Origin: Octopus vulgaris
Lineage: Eukaryota
Assembly: GCA_951406725.2 (NCBI GenBank)
Contig: OX597819.1
Location: 89,218,001-89,282,000, forward strand
Direction of reading: 5' to 3'
DNA: 64,000 nucleotides
The notes under the pieces are model-generated. The model was not told the origin of the DNA, made no database searches, and saw only the letters and a program-made list of their open reading frames with translations. A program made the translations under genes and the position numbers. Positions within the stretch are counted from its first letter, which is position 1. Each line of letters starts with the position of its first letter. This document shows positions 12,433 through 25,283 of the stretch, piece by piece.

Positions 12433-14347
12433 TATATATATATATATATATATTTATGTGTGTGTGTCTTTGTGTTTGCTTGTCCCCACCACCAATGCTT
12501 GACAACCAATGTTGGTGTGTTTACATCCCTGTAACCTAGCAGTTCAGTAAAAGAGATGATAGAATAAGTACTAGGCTTACAAAGAATAAGTCCTGGGATC
12601 GATTTCTTTGACTAAAAATCCTTTCAGGTGGTGTTCCAGCATGGCTGCAGTCAAATGACTGAAACAAGTAAAAGAATAAAAATAACAAAATGCTTTGATT
12701 TTTTTTGATTTTGATTTTTCCAGTTTCAGCTAATGAGCTGTGGCCATGCTGGTGACATTTCTTCTGGCTTTATATTCTAAGTTCAAATTCCACAAAGGTC
12801 AACTTTGTTTTTATCCTTTCAGGGTCAAATAAATAGCATTTGAGCAGTGGGGTCAACGAAATTGACTAGAACCCTCCTCCAAAGTTTCTGGCCATGTGCC
12901 TGTGGCAGTAAGAATTATTTGTTCTGGCTGTTTCCACTCTGAGTTGTTAGTCTGTAGACATGGTCTCCTCCACAGTTTAATCATTTTGATACCATATTTC
13001 TGTTGAAATATGGTAACATATTTCTTCTTCTTTCAATTAATTTCAGAAACAATGAAGACTATAATAAAGTTACATTGTTGTTATTAAGCTGCTTGGAACA
13101 TAAACATGAAATTTTATAAAAGGAAATTTTAATTTGGATAATTTTAAAGCAGAAAGTCTGTGCCTTAGAATCAAAGGCAGTTTGGGCATGTTAGTATCAA
13201 AAAGATTTATGACACCATCAGGGTCTTTGGGAGCCTTTAGTAGTGTTCATTCTGTTGCAAGCATTCAAGCCAAATCTCCAGTTGGAGGAATAACATCTAC
13301 TAGTCTTGGAGGTCCTGAAACATTTTTTTAAATGCCATGAACATTTACCTTTCCATTCCCAAATAAATCTTTTCTCTTCTATCTTTTACTTGTTTGAGTC
13401 ATTGGATTGCAGCCATGCTGGGACACTGCTTTGAAGGGTTTTAGTTGAACAAATCAACCCCAGTATTTCTTCTTTTCTTCTGGTGTTCAAGTCTGGTACT
13501 CATTCTATTGGTCTCTTTTGCTAAACCACAAAGATATGAGAGTGTAAACACACCAACACCAGTTGTCAGTCAACCCATGGCGGGGGATAAACACACACAC
13601 ACACATACACACATAGCAAGCTTCCACACAGTTTCTGCTTACCACATTCATTCACAAGACATTGATCAGTTTGGGGCTCTAGTAGGGGACTGAACCTGAA
13701 ATCACATGGTTGCAAAGTGAGTTTCTTAACCAAACAGCCTGTGCCTAAATGCTTTCAAATTTTGACACAAGGCCAGCAAATTTAGGGTAGAGGAAAGTCG
13801 ATTACATCAACCCCTGTTCTCTTAATAGTTATTTTATCAACCCCATAAAGTTAAAAAGCAAAATCAACCTTGGCAGAATTTGAACTTAGAATGTAAAGAC
13901 AGATGAAACACCACTATGATTTTGCCCAATATGCTAATGATTCTGCCAGCTTATACCTTATACCTGTGCATAAATGGTAATAAAGACTCTTAATCCATTT
14001 ATTTATCTACATATCTATCTACGATGATGGCTGTCATACAGGATTTTTCAAAGAATGCCAGTGACTCAGTACTTTTCAAACCATGATTATATCACTAGAT
14101 CTTGTGACAATCTTGTTTTACAAGCCAATGAATCAGCCTCTATGTTGTTACTCAACGTGCTAAAAATAACAGCCAAATTTCCTCAAGTCAAACCATACCA
14201 TCTTGAGGAAGCAAAACAAGCATCAGAAAATATAACTCCAGATATTTGGAATGACAGGATGGACAGGGTTGGAATGCCTTTAATCCTATGCCTGTTCAAA
14301 GAATCTTGCATATAACAAGGGGGCTGCTCCATGACAGATCTCAACAA

Positions 14348-14581
14348 TTCTTCTTCTTCTTCTTCTTCTTCTTCTTCTTCTTCTTCTTCTTCTTCTTCTC
14401 CTTCTTCTTCTTCTCCCTTTCTTCCCCCCTCCTCCTCATTCTTCTTCTTCGTCTTCTCCTCCTCCTCCTCCTCCTCCTCCCGCTCCTCCTCCTCCTCTTC
14501 TTCTTCTTCTTCTTCTTCTTCTTCTTCTTCTTCTTCTTCTTCTTCTTCTTCTTCTTCTTCTTCTTCTTCTTCTTCTTCTTC
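14348..14581. repeat. (TTC)n/(CCT)n microsatellite
   Basis: Direct reading; source of the poly-E/S/F/K ORFs. Confidence 0.95.
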
Positions 14582-14709
14582 TGCCTCTGACAAGATCCTG
14601 AAACCAATGGCTAGATGCAAAGGTTAGTAAGTCTGTGTTCATGGCAAACTCCTGAAACATCCATTTATGTACACATAAACAAAATTGGCAGAATTATATA
14701 TATATATAC

Positions 14710-14865
14710 AGGCATGGCTGTGTGGTAAGAAGCTTGCTTCCCAACAACATGGTTCTGGGTTCTGTCACACTGTGTGGCACCTTGAGCAAGTGTCTTCTAC
14801 TACAGTGTCAGGCTGACCAAAGCCTTGTGAATGGATTTGGTAGACAGAAACTGAAAAGAAGCCTG

Positions 14866-14915
<50 letters not shown>

Positions 14916-14921
14916 TTGAAT

Positions 14922-14989
<68 letters not shown>

Positions 14990-15215
14990 ATGTATATATT
15001 TATATGCGTGTCTTTCTGTCTGTGTTTGTCCCCACCAACATCACTTGACAACTGATGTTGGTGTGTTTACATCCCTGTAATTTAGCGGTTCAGCAAAAGA
15101 GACTGATAGGATACCAGGCTTACAAAGAATTTGTCCTGGGGTTGATTTCTTTGACTAAAAGGCAGTGCTCCAGCATGGCTACAGTCAAATGACTGAAACA
15201 AGTAAAAGAATAAAA
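14710..15215 (+). mobile_element. SINE family A
   Basis: Colinear with 4072-4476, with an expanded central microsatellite. Confidence 0.85.
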
Positions 15216-15539
15216 TGATATATACACAAATAACTCTCTATATATATGTATGTATATGTGTATATACATATACAGTGAGCAAGAGAGAGAGACAGACAGA
15301 CAGACAGACATATAGATAGATAGGTAGAGATAGAGAGTGGGGTAGAGAGAGACAGATAGAAAGAGAGAGATAGACAGACAGACAGATAGATAGATATGTA
15401 TGTATATGCACATATGTGTGTATCTGTGTATATGTATATACATACATACACACACACACTTGTATATACATATATATATACACCCACACACACACATGTA
15501 TATATATGTATGTAGAGAGAGAGAGAGAGAGAGAGAGAC

Positions 15540-15582
<43 letters not shown>

Positions 15583-15830
15583 GGCAGGCAGAGACAGGGA
15601 GAGAAAGGCAGAGAAAGAGAAGGAAGTTCTTTGATTGATTCAAATAAAAAAATGTAAAATTACTCAGACTTCCGAAATTAGTGCGCTGTACACAATACTA
15701 GCTTCTAGTCTATCGTAATAAATAGTATTAATACTGAATTACTTGATTGGTAATGATAGAAGTAGATGTGCGGGTGGGTAGGTGGGATAAATGTGCACAC
15801 ATAGACATATATATATATACACATGTGCAA

Positions 15831-15861
<31 letters not shown>

Positions 15862-15948
15862 GTAATAATTATATGTGTATATATATATATATATATGTAT
15901 TATGTGTATGTACATATGTATATCTTATGTGTGTGTGTGCATATATAA

Positions 15949-15986
<38 letters not shown>

Positions 15987-16029
15987 GTGTATGTATATAT
16001 ATATGTATATATATATATATATATGTATG

Positions 16030-16060
<31 letters not shown>

Positions 16061-16073
16061 GTATATATATATG

Positions 16074-16135
<62 letters not shown>

Positions 16136-17362
16136 CATAGTTTTATGCATATATCAGCTTACATTTATTTTTAGACACACACCTACACACACACTTGTGC
16201 ACACATGCAGACACAGACACACACACAAAGGAATCTTGTTTTATAAATAGTCTAATTCTTTTTTTTTTTTAATCTTTTGTCTCTTGTATTTTTTCCATAA
16301 TTTTAGATTCATTTCTGCTTCTGAAGGAAAAACAATTGTATCTATAATACTTCATTTTTTTTTTTAACTCTAATATAATTGTCAATGCCATCATCATTAT
16401 CATCATCAGCAGCAGCAGCAGCATTCTCATCATCCTTATCACCATAATCATCATTATCCTCCTCCTCCTCCTCATCATCATCATTGCCATCCTCCTCTTC
16501 TGTATTATCGTCATCAACAACAGCATCATGTCTTGCACACTATCATCATCATCATCATCATCATTATGAACGTTGTCGTCCGCGTTATTGTTTATAAATA
16601 GCTCCACTCAATATGGCCATTCTGTAAAATATTTGTAGCATTGCAAATATTACCATTCATTTTCTGTCTTCAAACAAAATTCCTTTTCTGAGACCCTTTC
16701 ATTTAATTAAACACCCTGCACTCCTACCCCTTACCCTTACCTTCCACCCACCTTTCTACTCCCTCCTTATCTAACTACTTCTTTCTCATTCCAGCTGCCC
16801 CCCTCCTATTCTCCCCCTCCCCCCCCGGCAAACCCTGACCTATTCTTCCTCTTTAGCTGCCATTAACTCCCAGCATTTTAGTCAGGATCTATTCAAATGG
16901 GCTTAAAACCTCATTATTTATAATCTTCCTTATCTTGGTTCTGTTAATATCCTTATAATGATATTGTTTAGCCCCAGGCCAGGACGGTTGATTGAGCTGA
17001 CCTATCATCAAAGGCATTCTAACCACGACCTATCTCCCAATCTCCGCTCCTTTTCTTTCCTTCAGACAGTCTCTTTTGGAACCATATTATTCAATGCGCT
17101 CCTTTATTTTTCAAGATGGTAGAGCTGTGATATGGACAGGGAGAAATATTGGTGGTGGATAAGAGATTTAGTAGTTGAGCATTTAACTAAATGCCTAGGA
17201 GTATTTGGTTACTTTCTAAGTTCAGTTCACACCAGGGTCAACTTTGCCTCTTAGCCTTCGAGGTGGGGGCAATAGAATAAGCATCAGTTAAGTACTGGGG
17301 TCAATCTAATTCCTTCCACCCTGTCCCCTTATAAATTCTTCTTCTTCTTCTTCTTCTTCTTC

Positions 17363-17406
<44 letters not shown>

Positions 17407-18070
17407 TGGTGAGCTGACAGAATTCGTAGCACGCTGGGTGAAATGGTTAGCAGTATTTCGCCCATCGCTGTGTTCTGAGTTCAAATTCTACCAATGTCGA
17501 CCTTTGCCTTCCATCCTTTCGAGATCAATAAATTAAGTACCAGTGAAACACTGGGGTCAATGTAATCGACTAGTTCCCTTCCCTGGCAAAAATTTGAAAT
17601 AATTATTATTGTTATCATTATTATTATTAATTGGTAAGCTGGCAGAATCGTTAGCATGCTGGAAAAAATGTTTAGCAGCATTTTAGATTCCAGTGAGGTC
17701 AACCTTACCTTCCATCCTTTCAAGGTTGACTATTTAAGTACCAGTGATACACTGAGGTCAATGTAATTGACTAGTCCCTTCCCCCTAATTTCAGGTCTTG
17801 TACCTTTAGTAGGAAGGATAATTTTTGTTATTATTATTATTATTATTATAATTATTATTCAGGTGGTGAGCTGGCAGAATTCATAACATGCCAGGTGAAA
17901 TGCTTAATAGCACTTCATCCATCTCTATGTTCTGAATTCAAATTCTGCAAGGCCAACTTTGCTTTTTCTCCCTTTTGAAGTTGATAAAATAAGTACCAGT
18001 TGATCAATCGGGTCAACATAATTGCCTTACCTCTCCTCTCAAAACTGCTGGCCTTGTGCCAAAATCTGAA
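17407..18070 (+). mobile_element. Three head-to-tail SINE family B copies separated by (TTA)n tails
   Basis: GGTGAGCTGGCAGAAT-like heads at about 17408, 17633 and 17865. Confidence 0.75.
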
Positions 18071-18086
18071 ACCATTATTGTTGTTG

Positions 18087-18117
<31 letters not shown>

Positions 18118-18167
18118 TATTATTGTTGTTGTTGTTGTTGTTGTTCTTCTTCTTCTTCTTCTTCTTC

Positions 18168-18217
<50 letters not shown>

Positions 18218-19444
18218 TTTATCTTTTTTATTCTCTTTTCTCATAAATGTACAAAGCCCAACATACCCATCATGACTACCCATCTGATAAGGGTACACTG
18301 GGCACACGCATCATAACCATATGTGTGCAACATGGTGATCTCATATGAAGATAAAGAATGCATCACCTTGCAGGTGGGGGTCCAGTAAAAAATCTTTTTC
18401 AGATCAAGTAGCCCATCCCACTCAAAAGTTCCCTGAATAAGGGTTGTTTAAGAATGTTGAACAAAATACCCATGTTTCCATGGGTGAATTATTCAAATAT
18501 ATTATTCAAAGAATCCCTCTAAACACATGGTTATGATGCCCCACCACTACTTCTGCTCATGATCAGAGATGCACATATCATCAGCCACCAAGGGACATAC
18601 TCAACTGATTAAGTTCAAGCAACTGACAAACAAATCTGTAGTATTGAGCAGAATATTTACTGTAGCCCATCTTTTATACTAAGACTAAACAACGAACATG
18701 ATAACACTTCCAATCAATTAAGATCAGAAGCCTGGTCCACTGTCTGATACAGCATCAGGGTATTTAGGCAAGTGAGCCGACAGAATTGTTAGCATGCTGG
18801 ATGAAATGCTTTGCAGTATTTCGCCCGTGGCTCCGTTCTGAGTTCAAATCCTGCCGAGGTAAACTTTGCCTTTCATCCTTTTAGAACTGATATATAAGGA
18901 TCAGTGAATAACTGGTGGATGATGTAATAGACTAATCCCATCATCCAAAATTTGTAGCCTTCTGCCTTCTGCTCATACTTTCATCTTTTATATTTTTACT
19001 TGTTTCTAATTGTTGGACTGTGGCCATGTTTGGGTACATCTTGAAGTGTTTGGTTAATCAGATCACACCCAGTACTTATTTTCAAGGTCTGCTACTTATT
19101 CTATTAGTCTCTTTTGTTGAACCACAATGTTACTGGGATGTATACAAATCAACACTAGTTGTAAAGTCATGGGGAGACAAACACAAGCATACACTGTCTG
19201 TCTGTCTGTCTCAATATATATACATACACACATATATCATCGTCGTCATAGTCATCATCATCATCATCATCATTACTTAGCATCCACTTTGCTGGCATGG
19301 GTTAGACTGTTTTACTGGAACTGGTCAGCAGGAGAGTTGCACCAGGTTCCAGTCTGATACTGGCTAGGTTTCTACAGCAGGATGCCCTTCCTAATGCCAA
19401 CCACTCCAAGAGTGTGGTGGGTCCTTTTTACATGTCATTGGCAC

Positions 19445-20110
19445 TTTCTCACACAGCTGTCCTCATTCATTCATAAGACATGACCATACCAGCACAGTTG
19501 TCTCTCTTGCACACCACATCTGATGCATGCATCTTAAATCAAACTTTTCTTTCAGGGTGCGTACACACTGTCGTGTATGCACACTGACATTACACATCCA
19601 GCGGAGCATACTGGCTTCATTCCTTGCAAGCTTACGCATATCCTCAACAGTTACAGTCCATGTTTCACTGCCGTATAGCATGGCTGTTCATACACATGCA
19701 TCATACAGTCTACCTTTTACTCTGAGCGAAAAGCCCTTTGTCACCAGCAGAGGTAGGAGCTCTCTGAACATTGCTCAGGCTATTCTTATTCTAGCAGCTA
19801 CACTTTCAGAGCATCCACCCCTGCTACTGACTTGGTCACCTAGGTAACGGAAGCTATCAACTACTACTAGTTTTTCTCCCTGGAATGTGACAGAAGATGT
19901 TCTCTGCACATTTTCAGTGTTTATAGCACCTGAGCATTTGCCACATACAAAAACTATCTTCCCAGTTAGCCTTCCTTTGATATTGCTGCTTCTCTTTTGT
20001 GTCCATAGCATACACTGGATACATCTTATGGAGTTTCCACCTACACTTTTCCACAGATCAAGCAGGGCCATCTACCTGGAAGGATTTGTGGTTTGTCTGC
20101 CTTCCTACTT
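19445..20110 (-). pseudogene. RTE-clade LINE reverse transcriptase C-terminal fragment (frameshifted)
   Basis: Translations VDSFRYLGDQVS...VAARIRIA and LYGSETWTVTVEDMRKLARNEASMLRWMC are RTE ORF2 thumb and C-terminal motifs. A Cys-rich insert NSIRCIQCMLW...FVCGKC precedes them. Confidence 0.85.
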
Positions 20111-20335
20111 ATTATATATACATCATCGTTTAACGTTCGCTTTCCATGCTAGCATGGGTTGGACTATATATATATTTAGATATATATAATTATAATTATA
20201 ATTAGGGTTCAGCTAAGTGCTTCACCACATACCGAATTTAGAAATAGGAGTTAAAATTCCTTTTCTACTACTATAAGAAACTCCATGATGGTAACATACT
20301 TTTATTACTTACCCTTTTATATATATATATATATC

Positions 20336-20912
20336 TAATGTAGGATAAAATTTTTTTCGAAAAAAAATTTCTTTTCGAAAAATATTTTATCAATGGCCAG
20401 CATATTAAAAAATACCTTTAAAGGTTAAATTTATAAACAATTCATAAATAAGGGCAAACGAAAATATTTCTAATGCCAAATATGCCGAAAAATTGGGCAT
20501 ATTGTCCATTAACCATATAATTTTTTCACAATACGCACGCTACTCGAAAAGAGGCTGACAGAAATTTCTAAAAAATTCCATTATTACCATATCGGACCGA
20601 TTTCAGGGTTAGCTTATAACAGCCCTCCCTTCGTCAGTGATACATGTGGCAAAAGAAATAAATGAGATACTTACTCATACCCATGGAAGAAGCAAACACT
20701 AAGTCATGAGCACAATTAAGTACCCCAAATACATCCAAAATAGAAAAACTGCAGCCCATTCGAGACACATGTGATTTGAACTGAGGCCCTCACAGAGTGA
20801 GAGAGTCCGTAAGCGAACGCTTAAATTTATATTTAATATAGGATAAAATTTTTTTCGAAAAAAAATTTCTTTTTGAAAAATTTTTATCAATGGCCAGCAT
20901 ATTAAAAAATAC
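20336..20912 (-). mobile_element. Penelope-like pLTR or retrozyme-like element: about 498-bp unit plus about 80-bp terminal direct repeat
   Basis: 20336-20415 is repeated at 20834-20912. Flanked by (TA)n and contains a hammerhead motif. Confidence 0.7.
20587..20646 (-). ncRNA. Type I hammerhead ribozyme motif (one mismatch at the base of stem I)
   Basis: Minus strand: GUAUCA CUGACGA AGGGAGGGCU-GUUAUA-AGCUAACCCU GAAA UCGG UC CGAUAU. Cleavage triplet GUC. Confidence 0.7.
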
Positions 20913-21034
20913 TTGTGTGTATATATATATATATATATATACACATATATATATATATATATATGAAGTTTTCTTAAGAAAAATTTAAAGAACGTAGATT
21001 CACAACTTTCTATTTTGTAATAAACTTATTTTAA

Positions 21035-21229
21035 CCCTTTTGTTATTGTATTTATTTTGAGATGCTCTATGTTTCTTTCAATTACTTTAAATATAACAAA
21101 GAATTTAGTAAAATAGCTTCAGCTAGTGTGACTAAGTTTTGGTGAAAGATTTTAATTCAAAACTTATGAAAACAAGACATTTGTACTACAGAGCCAGAGC
21201 CAGTTTCAGCCGGATTGGTATCGAAAGGG
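21035..21229. mobile_element. piggyBac-type MITE
   Basis: TTAA|CCCTTT...AAAGGG|TTAA: TTAA target duplication with short TIRs. Older related sequence at about 1350-1550, 4480-4600 and 12977-13207. Confidence 0.75.
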
Positions 21230-21439
21230 TTAAAAGAAGAAATTTCTAACTTTTGAAAGTGGTAGCTTAATAATGTCTTTAAAGATTGTGTTGAGAAATG
21301 TGTGTGTATACATAGATGCAGAGAAAGGGAGAGGCTGAGTTGTGAACCAAACTGGAAGTTATGTATGTTACGCATGATAGATTTGGCAAAAGTTATTATA
21401 GCAATTTATGGTCTTTTTGGTGTTTTCTTCTTTTTTTTG

Positions 21440-22225
21440 TGAAGTGACAGTAATATCAGAGTGCCAGAATGTAATAGAAATATTAGATTACCAGATTAAA
21501 ATGCCAGAAGTATTAGAAAGTTACAGAATTGCTAGAGTGTAATGCTACAGTGACAGGAAGTGACAGAAATGTTATCAGACTAAAATGCTGGTGTCAAAAA
21601 GTGACAGAAAGGCTATCAGACTAAAATGCTTGTCATAAAGTGACATAAATGCTTACAGACTTAATATACTAGAATATCAAGTAAATGATAAAAAGGCTAG
21701 AAAACCAGAGTGAAAAAGCTAGTGTCAAAAAAATTAATGAAAATACTAAAATTCTAATGTGTCAGAAATTGATAGATTTACAACAATGTCAGACAGAGAG
21801 TGACAAGAAATGCAAGCAGACTAAAAAATTAGTGTTAGAGAGTGACAGAAATGCTACTTCCAGAAAGTGATAGAAATACTACCAGACTAAAATTCTGCTT
21901 CCAGAAAGTGATAGAAATGCTACCAGACTAAAATGTTACTTCCAGAAAGTGACAGAAATGCTACCAGACTAAAATGTTACTTCCAGAAAGTGACAGAAAT
22001 GCTACCAGACTAAAATGTTACTTCCAGAAAGTGACAGAAATGCTACCAGACTAAAATGCTACTTCCAGAAAGTGATAGAAATGCTACCAGACTAAAATGT
22101 TACTTCCAGAAAGTGATAGAAATGCTACCAGACTAAAATGCTGCTTTCAGAAAGTGACAGAAATGCTAGGGTGTCAGAAAGTGACAGAAAGACATAATGC
22201 TGGTGTTAGGAAGTGACAAAAAGGC
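21440..22225 (+). repeat. 41-bp minisatellite
   Basis: Unit AGAAAGTGACAGAAATGCTACCAGACTAAAATGTTACTTCC. About 7.5 near-identical copies at 21862-22168, with degenerate copies on both flanks. Confidence 0.92.
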
Positions 22226-23379
22226 TAGCGGCTCAAATTGAAATGTCTTATAGTATTGAAATTAAGTCCTGTAAAACGAGGCAGTGCTCCAGCATGGCTG
22301 CGGTCCAATGACAGAAACAAGCAAACAGTAAAAGAAAGATGTATGTATATATATGTAATGTATTTAAGGTGTTCTATTATAATTTCATTCTTCATAGGAA
22401 TATTAAAATCATACCAGTAACTTGATTCGCACTTTATCCAATCAATCTCAGAAGAATAACTGGCAAAGTTGAATTCAGCAGTCTTTGAACTCCAAATACG
22501 AAGAGTCTTAAATAAATATATACTTCTCATTCTGATATGTATATGTGCATGTGTGTGTGTAGATATATAAGGAAACCCCTGTGGTTGAGGAGACCTATTG
22601 AGTCAAGTACATCAACATCAAAAAATCAAATGGAAATTGTAGTTGTGATACCTGTGCCGGTGGCACGTAAAATGCACCATCCGAACGTGGCCAATGCCAG
22701 CGCTGTCTTGACTGGCTTCTGTGCCGGTGGCACGTAAAAAGCACCCACTACACTCATGAAGTGGTGGGCGTTAGGAAGGGCATCCAGCTGTAGAAACACT
22801 GCCAGATCAGACTGGAGCATGGTGCAGCCTCTTGGCTTCCCAGACTTTGGTCGAACCGTCCAACCATGCTAGCATGGAAAACTGACGTTAAACGATGATG
22901 ATGATGATGATGATGATATCTCTTATTATAAAAGGCAGATTTTATCTGCCTCCCTTTGTCAGTTATAGAAATCTACAATATAGGATTTCTTCAATTACAA
23001 TTTACCTAGCATTTTTAAGAGTAGAATGCCTCGGGTCATGCCAGGTCCAGTTTTTAAAATTTAAACTCCAATTAAGCAAAATTTACAGAAAACTCACATT
23101 CTGGTGTGTATGTCAAATGCTTTTCTTAATGTGGTTTACACCACACGCAAACGCACACACACAGTGTGCAACGAATAAAATGAAAGTAATTCAATTTCTG
23201 TAGTGAGTGACTCTTTCACTCTGCCTCCCACTTCCTCTTTACACACATAGACACGCAAGTATATAAATAAAATTGTAAGCTAACGTGCGTGTGTGTGAGT
23301 GTGTGTGTGTGTGTGTGCGCGTGTGTGTGAGGGTGCGTGTGTGTGTGTGTGTGTGCGTGTGCGTGAGTGTGTGACAGGA

Positions 23380-24053
23380 AAGTTTTTACGACGAATATAA
23401 GACCTATATCCAAGTAGCAGAAAGATCGACCAAAAGTGTATATAGATATTTAAATGTATTTATATATTCATCTATACACAGATGTATGTATAATGTGTGT
23501 GTATATATTTCCATAGAGGTAACCTTTCACTCCATACAAAGTTTTTAGGACGAATATAAGATCTAAAGTATATACAAGTAGCAGAAAGTACGCCCAAAAG
23601 TGTATATAGATATTTAAATGTATTTATATATTCATCTATACACAGATGTATGTATAATGTGTGTGTATATATTTCTATAGACGTAACCATTCACTCCACA
23701 CAAAGTTTTTTAGGACGAAAATAAGATCTAAAGTTATCTCTAAGTAGCACAAAGATCGCCCAAAAGTGTATATAGATATATAAATGTATTTATATATTCA
23801 TCTATGCACACATGCATGTATAACGTGTGTGTATATATTTCCATAGAGGTAACCATTCACTCCATATAAAGTTTTTTTGACGAAAATAAGATCTAAAGTT
23901 ATCTCTAAGAAACAGAAAGATCGCCCAAAAGTGTATATAGATATTTAAATGTATTTATATATTCATCTATACACACATGTATGTATAATGTGCGTGTATA
24001 TATTTCCATAGAGGTAACCATTCAATCCATACAAAGTTTTTTAGGACGAAAAT
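23380..24053 (+). repeat. About 165-bp tandem repeat, about 4 copies, inside the Helitron
   Basis: AAGTTTTT(T)AGGACGAA recurs at about 23381, 23539, 23703, 23869 and 24034. Confidence 0.9.
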
Positions 24054-24301
24054 ATTTATATATAAAAGAAAGGTTGTGTGTCTGTCTACTCCGATTTAGA
24101 TTCCTAACTACTCCCACATTTTGCGATGCAGTTTAACCAAAACTGGGTATCTTATAGTCGTGATTCATATCGAGCCCTTCTGGGTATTAGCGCGCGTCTA
24201 CGATGAGTCGATGATTTTACAAATAATTTACCATCATTTTTTTCCATTTTAATGCATATTTTTTTAAATAAAGGGAAGTAACTCTCAAACTTCACACCAA
24301 T

Positions 24302-24823
24302 ATGCGTGCTCATATGCGACGTAATATCACATCAGCAGCATTTCCTCACATCCTCCTTGCACTTGGCGAAGGCAAAATACCAGGGGATGAAAATGGTAAT
24401 ATTGCCATCGATTCCATTTGTACCATTGTTAAGACGCCTTCTGATCTCAGAGATGCAGTGTTCCCAGATCTACAAGCTAATTATCAGAATATGGATTGGA
24501 TTGGCAAAAAGGCTATACTGGCCCCGAGGAATAAAACTGTTCACCATATTAATGATGAAATGCTAAAACTCATTCCTGGGGAAGTCTATGTATATCAGTC
24601 TATCGATACAACTCCTGACCCAGAGGACGTCATCAACTATCCAATAGAGGTACTCAATTCCTTTGAGCACCCCGGACTACCACCACACTTTCTCAAACTT
24701 AAAGTTGGTGCCCCTATAATGCTCATCAGAAATTTGGTTCCCCCAAAACAATGCAATGGCACACGTTTGATCGTTAAGTCCTTATCTCCCACCGTAAACT
24801 TATATCAATATTTGCCTGAATAA
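24302..24823 (+). pseudogene. Helitron RepHel Pif1-family helicase fragment (uninterrupted 173-aa frame)
   Basis: NMRA...AILAPRNKTVHHIN...YQSID...YPIEVLNS...GLPPHFLKLKVGAPIMLIRNL...CNGTRLIV is the Pif1 2B-region signature. It lacks the N-terminal and C-terminal helicase motifs. Confidence 0.9.
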
Positions 24824-24924
24824 TCATCATTATTCAGTGCAATCATTAACAGTACTTTCAAGCAATTCAGCCCCGAGCAACGCTGGGCAATTCTGCTAGT
24901 ATATATATATGTGTGTGTGTGTGT

Positions 24925-25258
24925 GGAGGTGCATGGCTCAGTGGTTTGAGCGTCGAGCTTACGATCAGGAGGTTGTGAGTTTGATTCCCGGGCCGGGCTG
25001 CGTGTTGTGTTCTTGAGCAAAACACTTTATTTCATGTTGCTCCTGTTAACTCAGCTGTAGAAATGGGTTGAGACATCACTGGTGCCAAGCTGTATCGGCC
25101 TTTGCCTTTCCTTTGGATAACATCAGTGGTGTGGAGAGGGGAGGCTGGTATGCACGGGTGACTGCTGGCTTTCCATAAACAATCTTGCCCGGACTTGTAC
25201 CTTGGAGGGTAACTTTCTAAGTGCAATACTATGGTCAGTCATCACCGAAGGGGGTCTC
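24925..25258 (+). mobile_element. SINE family D
   Basis: GGAGGTGCATGGCTCAGTGG...GAGTTTGATTCCC head and GTGTTCTTGAGCAAAACAC body. Relatives at about 26906-27195(+), 37545-37990(-), 44325-44525(+) and 63857-64000(+). Confidence 0.78.
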
Positions 25259-25283
25259 CCATATATATATATATATATATATA

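Larger units (their letters stand above)
11213..12682 (+). mobile_element. SINE family A split by two insertions in its central microsatellite
   Basis: Head 11213-11380 and tail 12440-12682 in the same orientation. Confidence 0.75.
22919..24899 (+). mobile_element. Composite non-autonomous Helitron
   Basis: A|TCTCTTATTATAAAA 5' end at 22919. 3' hairpin CCCGAGCAACGCTGGG then CTAG|T at 24896-24900. Second 5'-end module at about 24055. Pif1 helicase fragment inside. Confidence 0.8.

Noticed and set aside
18245-18765. Complex 500-bp segment that may be a LINE remnant
   Set aside because: No second copy in the window and no convincing protein motif in any frame I read.
21862-22168. CRISPR-like regular array
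   Set aside because: The units are contiguous without unique spacers, and the context is eukaryotic.
24925-25000. tRNA gene candidates at SINE heads
   Set aside because: A/B boxes are present but there is no complete cloverleaf, and each runs directly into a SINE body.
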